Below are positions 29,815-38,908 of a stretch of 51,777 bases of DNA, piece after piece. The notes under the pieces were generated by a model, which saw only the letters and a program-made list of their open reading frames with translations, did not search any database and was not told where the DNA came from. Origin of the DNA: Gammaproteobacteria bacterium (GTDB lineage Bacteria > Pseudomonadota > Gammaproteobacteria > HK1). A program made the position numbers and the translations under genes. Positions within the stretch are counted from its first letter, which is position 1. Each line of letters starts with the position of its first letter. The stretch spans positions 1-51,777 of the forward strand of contig JAGTVB010000058.1 in the NCBI GenBank assembly GCA_018224385.1, given 5' to 3'.

Positions 29815-30002
29815 GCAACGAAATCCTTGTCTCAGAGCCTGTCAATAACCCTACTGCGCCCCCCAGAGCGGCGTTGGGTAGCACTCGCTCGTCGCCCTCC
29901 TAGCGACGCGCCTTGATCGCCGGGCACCGTGCGCCTTGGTTTCGGGCCGTTCGCTGCGATTTCCGCCCAACCTCCCGGGTGAGGAGGGAACGCGTCAGGC
30001 GA

Positions 30003-30533
30003 CTAGATGGTTACCGGAAAGATGGCGTTGAGGATATTAATGGTAATCCAGTAGAAAACCATGGCGAGCACCAGTCCCATGATGAATGCGGTGGAGAGCG
30101 CATGGCGCAGAATGTGACCGGCGACCGTCAGGCTCCAACCGATGAGCAGCAACAACAGCAACGCGGGCACCGCGGTTTCACCGTTCGCCTCGTTCGCGCT
30201 GTGCAGCCAGCTGGACAAGGGGATAGCCATCATCCCAATGAGCGTGCCAGTCCCCGCCAGGGCGGTCAAGGTCTGCTTCAGGCGATTTTGCAACCGCTGC
30301 AGATGTAGAACCGACATCGTCATGGCGGCGAGCAAAAGGGTATCCAGCATCCCCGCCAGGAGCGCTTCCCAGAAAGGCAGGGCGATGCTTGACAGTACTA
30401 CGGAGCTTAGTGTCTGGCCGATCAGTACCAGTCCAAGAAGCGGCGTCGATTCCGGCAGATCCTGCGGCCGCAGCCGGAGCAGGCAGATCTCGAAGAATGG
30501 CCTTATTATTGCCAGCAAAGGGTTATCCATCAC
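30003..30533 (-). CDS. Hypothetical integral membrane protein (about 5 TM, Yip1-like)
   Basis: 176-aa ORF dominated by hydrophobic helices. No recognisable catalytic motif. Confidence 0.55.
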   Translation of the reverse strand: MMDNPLLAIIRPFFEICLLRLRPQDLPESTPLLGLVLIGQTLSSVVLSSIALPFWEALLAGMLDTLLLAAMTMSVLHLQRLQNRLKQTLTALAGTGTLIGMMAIPLSSWLHSANEANGETAVPALLLLLLIGWSLTVAGHILRHALSTAFIMGLVLAMVFYWITINILNAIFPVTI

Positions 30534-30806
30534 CTGATGGGCTTGAGCTAGGAAGCCCCGGCGCCCCGGTTGGCTCGCCAGCCGACAGCAAAGGTGCGAT
30601 GTCGAGCCTCGGGGCGAGCCTCGAGCGCTGCGCCAAGCGATGCTTGCTCACAGTATCGCACAGAACGCCGGTCGCGCCGCCATAGATCTTGAGCAGGATC
30701 TGCTCGCCCCTGGCAACACCGGTGCTTCATGGCGAGGGCGAATCGTGTTGCCCGCAACCGAGGGAACCTGGGACGCCTTAGCGCCCCTCGGCCGAGCAAG
30801 GATCGG

Positions 30807-31235
30807 CTAACACTGTTCCCAGGGCAGGCCGCGAAAGCGCCAGCCGCCGAGCATACCGCGATGGTGATGTTCGTCCAGATCGCCTTCGAAGCCCTCGTTC
30901 ACGTGGTAAACTTCCTGGAAACCCGCGCCTAACAGTCTTGCCCCAGCCTCCAATGAGCGCTTGCCACTGCGGCAGATGAGGATGATCGGCGCACAACCCA
31001 CGCCCTCTTGGCAGGTGACGCCGCCGAGCATGAGCTTACGGATGTCGGTCACGAAATGCGGGTTGACCACCCACTCGGGCTCATCGATCCAGGGTACGTG
31101 CACCGCGCCCTTGGGATGACCGACGAAGAGATACTCCATGGTCGATCGGATATCGATCAGGACCGTGCGGGGGTTCTCCTGGAGCATCTCCCAGGCTTGC
31201 GCAGGAGCGAGTGCGTTGGGCGCTTTGGCCGACAT
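30807..31235 (-). CDS. Single-domain rhodanese-like sulfurtransferase
   Basis: Active-site loop CRSGKRS, with the flanking rhodanese fold pattern (VLIDIRS...EY..GH). Confidence 0.8.
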   Translation of the reverse strand: MSAKAPNALAPAQAWEMLQENPRTVLIDIRSTMEYLFVGHPKGAVHVPWIDEPEWVVNPHFVTDIRKLMLGGVTCQEGVGCAPIILICRSGKRSLEAGARLLGAGFQEVYHVNEGFEGDLDEHHHRGMLGGWRFRGLPWEQC

Positions 31236-31545
31236 AAACTATTCCCATTGTCTAGCAAGAGGCATGAATGAAATAAGGCTTTTTTGTAGCTATATAAGCC
31301 TGCTTGCCATTTGTCAATAACAGCGCGGCCGCTGGCCCCTGCACGGCGGAGCTTGGCGGCTGGATGAAGCCCGCGCGCTAAGGGCGCACCGCAGGGCTTG
31401 TTACCCTGGTCTGGTTCGCCTTTCTGGGCCGCCCAGCGGACGAAACAACAAAAAATGCCGAAACGGTGACTTGGTCCTAAGCCTTGGCGGCGCTCATCAT
31501 GCGGCAATGAGGTTGAGGCCGCAGCGGCTATAATGGAGCCCGCCA

Positions 31546-33417
31546 GTGCAACCGGTGACGCCTTCCATGCGCTCAAATTATCCCCGCACCGCCAGACCGC
31601 ACGGCGAACGACACGATCTGAAGAACCTGCGAGCCATCCTACCGTACGCGTGGGAGTTTCGAGGCCGGGTGGCGCTGGCGTTGTCCTGCCTGGTGCTGGC
31701 GAAAGTGGCTAACGTCGGCTTGCCGCTGGTGCTTAAGCAGATTGTCGACAGCCTGGGTGCGGGCCCTGGGCGCGAGATCACGCTGCCGATTATTCTGCTG
31801 CTGGGCTACGGATTGCTGCGGCTTTCTAATTCTTTATTCAATGAGCTGCGCGATGCGATTTTCGCCAAAGTGCGTTATCGCGCCATGCGGCGGCTCTCCG
31901 CCCAGATCTTGAGTCATCTGCATCGGCTGAGCCTGCGCTTCCATTTGGAGCGCAAGACGGGAGCGATTTCGCGAGACCTTGAGCGCGGGACCCGCAGCGT
32001 CAGCTCCATTCTGAACTACCTGGTCTTCAACATCCTGCCAACGGCGGCGGAATTCGCGCTCGTGGCCAGCATCTTGTTAATAAATTATGAACCGGCGTTC
32101 ACCGTCGTCATCTTTGGAACGGTGGCGACATACGTGGCCTTTACCTTCGCCCTGACGGAATGGCGGATGCATTTTCGGCACACCATGAATGCCCTCGATT
32201 CGCGGGCCAACACCCAAGCCGTCGACAGCCTGGTAAATTATGAGACCGTTAAGTATTTCAATAACGAGCGCTTCGAAGCGGACCGCTATGATCAGACCCT
32301 GGCGCGCTGGGAGCAGTCCGCCGTCAAGAGTCAAACCTCGATGTCCGCGCTCAACTTCGGTCAGGGTGCGATCATCGCCGTCGGGGTTACCCTACTCATG
32401 GTGTTTGCCAGCCAGGGGGTGGTGGAAGGGCGGTTGACCATCGGCGACTTGGTGATGGTCAATGCTTTTCTGCTGCAGTTGTTTATTCCCCTCAATTTCC
32501 TTGGCATCGTCTACCGCCAGGTCAAGTACGCTCTTGCCGACATGGACCTGATGTTGCGGCTGTTGGAGAAGCGCGCAGAAGTCCAAGACGGCCAGGACGC
32601 GCTCGAATTGGACGCCGGACGCGGCGAGGTGGCATTTGACAAGGTGAGCTTTGCGTATCATCGCAATCGTCCCATTTTGCACCGGGTGAGCTTTACGGTC
32701 TCGCCAGGGCAAAAGGTCGCTGTTGTGGGGGCCAGCGGTGCAGGCAAGTCCACGCTGGCGCGTTTGCTGTTTCGCTTCTACGACGTAACCGAAGGGAGGA
32801 TCGTGCTCAATGGGCAGGATATCCGCGACGTCACTCAGTCCAGCCTTCGTGCCGCCATCGGTATCGTCCCCCAGGACACGGTGCTGTTTAATGCATCGAT
32901 TTACTATAACATTGCCTACGCTCATCCCGAGGCGGGGCTCGAGGAGGTGATAGGCGCAGCCCGTCTTGCTCACGTTCACCACTTCATTGAAACCTTGCCT
33001 GAAGGTTACGACACCGTTGTCGGTGAACGCGGATTGAAGCTTTCCGGAGGCGAAAAGCAACGCATCGCAATCGCTCGCGTTATTTTAAAGAAGCCGGCGG
33101 TTTTGGTCTTTGACGAGGCGACCTCGGCGCTTGATTCAAAATCCGAACAGGCGATCTTGGCGGCGCTAGCGGAGGTGGCCGCCCACCATCCCACCTTGGT
33201 CATCGCGCACCGGCTCTCCACCATCATCGATGCCGACGAGATCCTGGTTATGGACGCCGGACGTATCGTCGAACGAGGATCCCATGGCGCCTTGCTTGCG
33301 GCAGGCGGCCCCTATGCACAGATGTGGGCGTTGCAGCAGCAAGGGCGGGAACGCCGGGGGCCTCTCCCCACGGCTGACGAGACCGCCGCCCTATTCCTGG
33401 AACGGGACCAGGGCTGA
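31546..33417 (+). CDS. ABC exporter, fused permease/ATPase, Atm1/HMT1-like
   Basis: Six-TM exporter domain followed by an NBD (GASGAGKST, LSGGEKQR, LVFDEATSALD). The start is either GTG 31546 or ATG 31567. A TATAAT hexamer lies just upstream at about 31524-31529. Confidence 0.85.
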   Translation: MQPVTPSMRSNYPRTARPHGERHDLKNLRAILPYAWEFRGRVALALSCLVLAKVANVGLPLVLKQIVDSLGAGPGREITLPIILLLGYGLLRLSNSLFNELRDAIFAKVRYRAMRRLSAQILSHLHRLSLRFHLERKTGAISRDLERGTRSVSSILNYLVFNILPTAAEFALVASILLINYEPAFTVVIFGTVATYVAFTFALTEWRMHFRHTMNALDSRANTQAVDSLVNYETVKYFNNERFEADRYDQTLARWEQSAVKSQTSMSALNFGQGAIIAVGVTLLMVFASQGVVEGRLTIGDLVMVNAFLLQLFIPLNFLGIVYRQVKYALADMDLMLRLLEKRAEVQDGQDALELDAGRGEVAFDKVSFAYHRNRPILHRVSFTVSPGQKVAVVGASGAGKSTLARLLFRFYDVTEGRIVLNGQDIRDVTQSSLRAAIGIVPQDTVLFNASIYYNIAYAHPEAGLEEVIGAARLAHVHHFIETLPEGYDTVVGERGLKLSGGEKQRIAIARVILKKPAVLVFDEATSALDSKSEQAILAALAEVAAHHPTLVIAHRLSTIIDADEILVMDAGRIVERGSHGALLAAGGPYAQMWALQQQGRERRGPLPTADETAALFLERDQG

Positions 33418-33495
33418 CAGATCAGAGGGCGTTTGGTACGATCAGCCTGGTCAACAGGATCTCAGCCAGGACATGCGAGTCAAATTGTTGTGCGA

Positions 33496-33831
33496 GTGAG
33501 CGAGGTGGGAACGGTAACCGAGCCGACAACGTGCGTCGAAGCCGAGCCTTTCGCATTGAGGGTGACCGATGACAGCATGGAGCCGGAATTCAAGGCCGGC
33601 TGCATTATCATCGTTGATCCGACCGGGCTGGTTAAGCATGACGTCTATGTGATTGCCGAGCATGGCGATGGCCATATTTTTCGGCAGTTGAAAAAAGTAC
33701 TCGAAGGCTATCATCTTGCGCCGCTCAACGATCGCTACCCGGTTATTGAGCTGCCTTCCGGGCTCGCCGCCATTAAAGGCGTGGTGGTCCAGCGAGCGGG
33801 CCCGCGACGGCGCGATCACAAACACTATTGA
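33496..33831 (+). CDS. Stand-alone S24 (LexA/UmuD-like) peptidase domain protein
   Basis: FALRVTDDSMEPEFKAGCIIIVDP...IFRQLKK contains the Ser (SMEP) and Lys (RQLK) dyad of S24 peptidases. No N-terminal HTH is present. The start is uncertain: GTG 33496 was chosen, and the track ORF opens at 33433. Confidence 0.6.
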   Translation: MSEVGTVTEPTTCVEAEPFALRVTDDSMEPEFKAGCIIIVDPTGLVKHDVYVIAEHGDGHIFRQLKKVLEGYHLAPLNDRYPVIELPSGLAAIKGVVVQRAGPRRRDHKHY

Positions 33832-33974
33832 GCGTAAAGAATAATTCCGCGGACGTGGCGCTGGGCTTGTAACAAGCCGTGTAAGACGCCAAAGAAGTCC
33901 TGCGCTCGCCCTAGCGGGCGTACCGTCGTCAAAGAGAGGTGCCCCAGGGGCGCTTTGCGGTTGCGAGACGAAGG

Positions 33975-34433
33975 TCAGCGCTTTCGAGAGCGCGTCCGGC
34001 GCCGCCCTCGATAGCTCGCGATGGAGCGCATAATCTGGGAAAAGGGGAGTGATTCCAGCCTCCCATGGATTTTTTTTGCGGCCCGAATGAGGGCATAGAC
34101 ATTCTCAACGTCTCTCATGTCAGCCGTCTCAGCTACTAATTGCTGAAGACCGAGCAGCCCGCCCACCTGGACCTTCATTTCTTTTCCGTGGGGTAAGGCC
34201 CCCGGCGAAGTCGCCATGCCGAGAGCGAATTGAGCATTGGTGCGCAGCAGCCTCAGCAACTCCTGGCATACCGCCGGCGCCGCCGGAGAGCGGCAGCCCG
34301 CCGCCTCGCGATCAGCGATTTGCAGGCGTTGCACATGCTGACAGCCACACTGGCGGCTAAGGATGGCCTTTTCAAAGGGGCAGGCGCGCTCGTTAATTGC
34401 TTGATAGGCGCCTTTGTATTCGTCTTCGTTCAT
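33975..34433 (-). CDS. Hypothetical Cys-containing protein (152 aa) with a basic tail
   Basis: Clean ORF with six Cys in the first 60 aa (CPFEK..., CGC, GC, VC) and an Arg-rich C-terminus. No family recognised. Confidence 0.5.
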   Translation of the reverse strand: MNEDEYKGAYQAINERACPFEKAILSRQCGCQHVQRLQIADREAAGCRSPAAPAVCQELLRLLRTNAQFALGMATSPGALPHGKEMKVQVGGLLGLQQLVAETADMRDVENVYALIRAAKKIHGRLESLPFSQIMRSIASYRGRRRTRSRKR

Positions 34434-34579
34434 GCGAACACCTGCCGTCGAGAGCCGCCTTGCGGGTTTCGGAAGAAAAGGTCGCCAACCATGGCGTTGA
34501 CCGCATTGTTTTCATCAAAGCGCCACGGACGCCTTCGCTCACTTACCTGGGCCGGCCCGGCAGGGTTGCGGATCGGCTG

Positions 34580-34984
34580 CTACCGCCCCTGCAGTTCTGT
34601 GAGCTTGCGGCGGTCCCGCTTAGTCGGTCGGCCTGTGCCCGGCGTGCGCTGCACTGCCAGCGGCCGGCGTTGCTGCGCCTGCTGGGCGCGATAAGCCCTA
34701 CTCTCCGGCGTTTCCTCATAGAGTAGCACGGCCTCTGATGCAGGCCGACGCTCTTTAGAGAGGCCCTGCACGGTGACCTCCCACAGCAATTCCCCTTTCC
34801 GAATGCTGATCCGATCCCCGGTTCGAACCAGCCTGGCAGGTTTCACCCGCTGGTTTGCCACCTGCACTTTTCCGCCCGCGATGGCCACAGCGGCAAGGCT
34901 TCGAGTCTTAAAGAAGCGTGCGGCCCATAGCCACTTATCGAGTCGTTGTGCTCCGACGGCAGTCGCATAAGCTTCTCGCATCAT
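34580..34984 (-). CDS. hslR: Ribosome-associated heat shock protein Hsp15 (S4 RNA-binding domain)
   Basis: RLDKWLWAARFFKTRSLA...GGKVQVNQRVKP pattern of HslR. Confidence 0.85.
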   Translation of the reverse strand: MMREAYATAVGAQRLDKWLWAARFFKTRSLAAVAIAGGKVQVANQRVKPARLVRTGDRISIRKGELLWEVTVQGLSKERRPASEAVLLYEETPESRAYRAQQAQQRRPLAVQRTPGTGRPTKRDRRKLTELQGR

Positions 34985-35086
34985 GAAGCGAGTCGACCGT
35001 TACGAGTTAGTCTCCGGCCCCATTGCCGCGTCTGTTCGACTTGACGCCCAAGCCCACCATGGTATGCGGGGCGGGATGAGAAGCGC

Positions 35087-35524
35087 CTATCCGGCTAACC
35101 TTGCGATGGCTGCGTCGATGTGCTTTTGGCGCTCTTTCATGGTTGCGATTGCCGCTTGAGCCTTGTCCGCAATGGTCTCATCGGCCTTCAATTGACCGTA
35201 CGCCTGCACCACATCGATCTCATCACTCAGGCCCAGCGTGTCGCGTAGCGGGGTTCCGGTTAGCGAGCTGAGTTGACCACCCGCATCCCTCTGGTCTTGG
35301 TAGATGCGGTACAGGGCCTTTGATCGCTCTGCGCCAATCGACAGCAACACGGTAAACTTATTGTCGCTTACCGGCGCCTCGTTTTGCAGTTCCTCCCAAA
35401 TTTTAATCGCTGCACCCATGTTCTCGGTGAGTTGCTGCAGCAACGCAAGGCACTGCTTTCGCTCGTCGTCGCGCTGTGGCCCCCATTGCTTGACCACTTC
35501 GACTGTTTGCTCCAAAAGACTCAT
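35087..35524 (-). CDS. Hypothetical helical protein (145 aa)
   Basis: The ATG at 35524 follows GAGGGAG; the track ORF extends to 35635. No recognisable domain. Confidence 0.45.
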   Translation of the reverse strand: MSLLEQTVEVVKQWGPQRDDERKQCLALLQQLTENMGAAIKIWEELQNEAPVSDNKFTVLLSIGAERSKALYRIYQDQRDAGGQLSSLTGTPLRDTLGLSDEIDVVQAYGQLKADETIADKAQAAIATMKERQKHIDAAIARLAG

Positions 35525-36001
35525 CACGAACTCCCTCTGCAGAACCAGCCCATAATACCCGCCAAAGGTCGGAGTTACGGCGTTGGTTTCAATAAATGCG
35601 CTGTATTCTTGTTCAGTGAACCACACATGCACCACGGGCTACTGACCCTGCTTACCGCCAGGCAGCGCGCTCTGAGCCGCGCCGTTGGTCCAGCGTTCAA
35701 GGACTTTCCCGCGCGTCGCAATCGTCGATCATCACCCTCTCACCCATGCCGGCGGTATCGTCTTGTGCGCCTGCCGTCCTCCCGACTGACCCATTGCGCC
35801 CGGTGCAGGGCCGCATTGTTATTACCGATCGGTCGTTTGGGAGCGATTATTAATTGTCCGAGCTTGGTGGTCGACACGCGGGCAGGGGAAAAAAACCCGG
35901 CGGACGATCGACCGCTACCCTTGACTTGTGACTTGAACGAATGTTTCAAACGCTGGACCGGCGCCTTCGACGCTGCGCAGAGTGCCGACCCGATGGCGAT
36001 T

Positions 36002-36202
36002 TCACTTTCTTACCCACTCCTCGAAACTGGAGCTGTCGCGATTTTCACCCGCTTCGTAGCCCGCCTCATAGGCTTCCGTGATCCGCTGCTCTTCGCGTTT
36101 CGGATTCTGCAGGTAACCTCCTATCCAGCCTTGGATGTATTCCTGGTCCACGCCGCTTTTTTCCATCTTGTCGACGGCCTCGTAATAGGTCTTCATGTCC
36201 AT
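36002..36202 (-). CDS. Hypothetical small acidic protein (66 aa)
   Basis: The ATG at 36202 is preceded by GAGGTGG. It is divergent from the MoxR-like gene across an AT-rich 170-bp region. Sequence: MDMKTYYEAVDKMEKSGVDQEYIQGWIGGYL... Confidence 0.45.
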   Translation of the reverse strand: MDMKTYYEAVDKMEKSGVDQEYIQGWIGGYLQNPKREEQRITEAYEAGYEAGENRDSSSFEEWVRK

Positions 36203-36375
36203 TTCTGCCACCTCAAAAGACAGGTCCGCCCCACCGGTTTATAAGAGTTTGTTTATTATCCATACCCATTAGTCTATCAGCAAGTAATAATGTACCCTAT
36301 CACAAATACAGGGGCTGGGGCGGTGCGTGCGCGATGAGGTCAGGGTTGGGAGTAGTTTTGCCAAGCGAGTGAGTT

Positions 36376-37422
36376 ATGCGCCCATATCATCTGCGTACCG
36401 TATTGGATCAGGAGTTTTCCAGCACTGACGCGGGGCACCATACCCCAGTCATGATCTGGGGACCGCCGGGTGTGGGTAAATCCCAGGTCATCGCCCAGGT
36501 GGCGGCGCGTTACGGGGTACCCATCATCGATATACGCTTGTCGCAGCTCGAGCCGAGCGACCTGCGGGGCATTCCCTTTCGCGTCGGTGAGCACGTGGAC
36601 TGGGCGGTACCCTCGATGCTGCCTGACGCCAGACGCCATGGTCCAACCGGCCTGTTATTCTTGGACGAGATCACTTCGGCGCCGCCCACGGTTTCCGCCG
36701 CAGCCTATCAGCTGATCTTGGATCGGCGTCTTGGCGCCTATGCGATTCCCGGTCGATGGGCCATTTTTGCGGCCGGAAATCGCCAAGGTGACCGAGGGGT
36801 GACCTATACGATGCCGGCGCCGCTCGCCAATCGTTTCGCTCATTTTGAGTTTGAAGTCAATCTCGACGATTGGGTCGCCTGGGCCTATGCCAGCGGCATC
36901 GACGAGCGCATCATCGGCTTCTTGCGTTTTCGCCCGGAGCTGCTGTTCGAATTTGACCCGGCGCACAATCCGGTGGCTTTTCCGTCACCTCGCTCCTGGG
37001 AGTTTGCCCACCGGGCGCTGCAAAAATTTTCCGATCATGCTGAGGTGCTGCTCGGAACGTTGCAGGCTTGTGTAGGGCCGGCGGCCGGGATCGAACTCCA
37101 TGCCTTCATCAGCAATTTGGACCGCATGCCCGACCTGGATGCCGTCGTTCGCGGGGAGGATGTGCCGATTCCGGGGGAGATTGATCTGCAATACGCTATT
37201 GCGAGTGCCCTGGTGGGGCGTGCCATTCGCGCCAAGGACACCCCGGAGGCGCCGATCGTCCACGGTAACATCCTGAATTTCGCGAAACGCTTGAGGCCGC
37301 GCGAAATGGGCGTGATGCTGGTGTCCGACATGCACCAGGCAGTGGGACAGACGCTCTTCAGCCTGCCTGAATTCGGCCAGTGGGCAAACGCTGTTGCCGA
37401 CGTCATGCTGTACGCAGATTAG
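36376..37422 (+). CDS. MoxR-like AAA+ ATPase (AAA_5 type)
   Basis: Walker A GPPGVGKS, Walker B LLFLDEI, sensor-1 AAGN, and a single AAA+ module plus a helical C-terminal region. Confidence 0.85.
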   Translation: MRPYHLRTVLDQEFSSTDAGHHTPVMIWGPPGVGKSQVIAQVAARYGVPIIDIRLSQLEPSDLRGIPFRVGEHVDWAVPSMLPDARRHGPTGLLFLDEITSAPPTVSAAAYQLILDRRLGAYAIPGRWAIFAAGNRQGDRGVTYTMPAPLANRFAHFEFEVNLDDWVAWAYASGIDERIIGFLRFRPELLFEFDPAHNPVAFPSPRSWEFAHRALQKFSDHAEVLLGTLQACVGPAAGIELHAFISNLDRMPDLDAVVRGEDVPIPGEIDLQYAIASALVGRAIRAKDTPEAPIVHGNILNFAKRLRPREMGVMLVSDMHQAVGQTLFSLPEFGQWANAVADVMLYAD

Positions 37423-37498
37423 CCTCGTGAAAGCGATCTCAAGAATGTCCCGAGCGCCGTCGTTTTTATAACCGCTTCGCAACGGCGACTGATTTTCT

Positions 37499-38755
37499 AT
37501 GAGTGATGACCACGCCGACAACCTCGTAACCAAATTATCCGCGGCGCGTACCCGGCTGATTCTCGATAAACCCTTCCTGGGGGCGCTGGTGTTGCGTCTG
37601 CCAACCAAGGCGGCGGATCCGAAGTGGTGCCCTACGACTGCCACCGACGCCCGCTGCTTCTATTACAATCCACAATACATCGAGGCGCTCAGTCTCGCTC
37701 AGACCGAGTTCGTGCTGGCCCACGAAGCGCTTCACTGTGCCCTGTCGCACTTCGCGCGGCGCCAGCACCGCGTCAAATCCCGCTGGGACGTTGCCTGTGA
37801 TTATGCGATCAATCCGCTATTGATCAAGGAAGGCTTTGCGCAACCTCCAGGGACGCTCTGGGAGCAAAGTTTCGATGGCATGACGGCAGAGGAAATTTAT
37901 CCTTACATCGACGAGAACAATGCCGAGCAGCCGATGGACCGGCATATTTATGATGCGCAGGAGAGCAGCGGCAGCGGCGCCGCGCCGGACACCGCACACC
38001 CGCACGGACCACCATCGGCAGGCGGATCAGGTGATTCCGGCTCCGAGGGTGAACAGCCGCGGGCCGATGCGGCGGTCCATCCTGAGGCCGGGGGCGCAGC
38101 GCAGCCGCCGCCACTGAGCGAGGGCGAACGCGAGTCGTTGGCAATCCAGTGGCAGCAGCGGCTTGCAGCGGCCGCCCAGCAGGCGATGCAGGCCGGCAAG
38201 CTCGGAGGGGAGATGGCACGCCTGGTCGACCATCTCTTGCAGCCAAGACTCCCCTGGCGCATGCTGCTGGCGCATTACGTGCGCGCCGCAGGACGGGATG
38301 ACTTTAGCTACACCCGTCCGTCGCGCCGGGAAGGTGCCGCGATCCTCCCAAGCCTGAGAAGCGCAGAGCTTGACGTGGTCGTGGCCGTCGATACTAGCGG
38401 CTCCATCAGTGAGCAGGAGCTGACCGAGTTTCTTGGCGAGGTCGACGCTATCAAAGGCCAGATGCGCGCCCGCATCACCTTGCTGGCTTGCGACGCTGAG
38501 CTTGCCGAAGGCTCACCTTGGGTGTTCGAACCGTGGGAGGAATGCCACTTCAGCGACGCAATCCAGGGAGGCGGAGGCACGCGGTTTTCGCCGGTTTTCG
38601 ACTGGATCAACGAACGCGACCGCGCACCCGACCTGCTGCTCTACTTCACCGATGGAGCCGGAGAATTTCCCGCCAGAGCGCCGCCGTACCCGGTGCTCTG
38701 GCTGGTGAAGGGAAAGCGGCCGGTGCCCTGGGGACAGCGCGTTCAGCTCAACTGA
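37499..38755 (+). CDS. VWA-domain protein with N-terminal putative metallopeptidase domain (DUF2201-type partner of MoxR ATPases)
   Basis: HExxH (LAHEALHCALSH) in the N-terminal domain, then a low-complexity G/S/A/P linker. The C-terminal VWA-like domain has a MIDAS-like start DVVVAVDTSGSIS and LLLYFTDG. Confidence 0.8.
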   Translation: MSDDHADNLVTKLSAARTRLILDKPFLGALVLRLPTKAADPKWCPTTATDARCFYYNPQYIEALSLAQTEFVLAHEALHCALSHFARRQHRVKSRWDVACDYAINPLLIKEGFAQPPGTLWEQSFDGMTAEEIYPYIDENNAEQPMDRHIYDAQESSGSGAAPDTAHPHGPPSAGGSGDSGSEGEQPRADAAVHPEAGGAAQPPPLSEGERESLAIQWQQRLAAAAQQAMQAGKLGGEMARLVDHLLQPRLPWRMLLAHYVRAAGRDDFSYTRPSRREGAAILPSLRSAELDVVVAVDTSGSISEQELTEFLGEVDAIKGQMRARITLLACDAELAEGSPWVFEPWEECHFSDAIQGGGGTRFSPVFDWINERDRAPDLLLYFTDGAGEFPARAPPYPVLWLVKGKRPVPWGQRVQLN

Positions 38756-38908
38756 GCACTGGGGAAGAAATCGAAGCGCGCCCAGAGGGCGCGGCGCATG
38801 GCGTCCAGCGACGAGAGAGCGCAACTGATGGGCGCGAGCAGCGCACCATCCAACGCCGCTCTCGGGAGGCGCAGCAGGTTCATTCACGAGCTCTGACGGA
38901 AGGTGAGG

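Noticed and set aside
35384-36244. 286-aa plus-strand ORF spanning the 35087-35524 gene, the gap and the 36002-36202 gene
   Set aside because: It runs antisense to two better-supported genes with RBSs, and its translation is low-complexity with no motifs.
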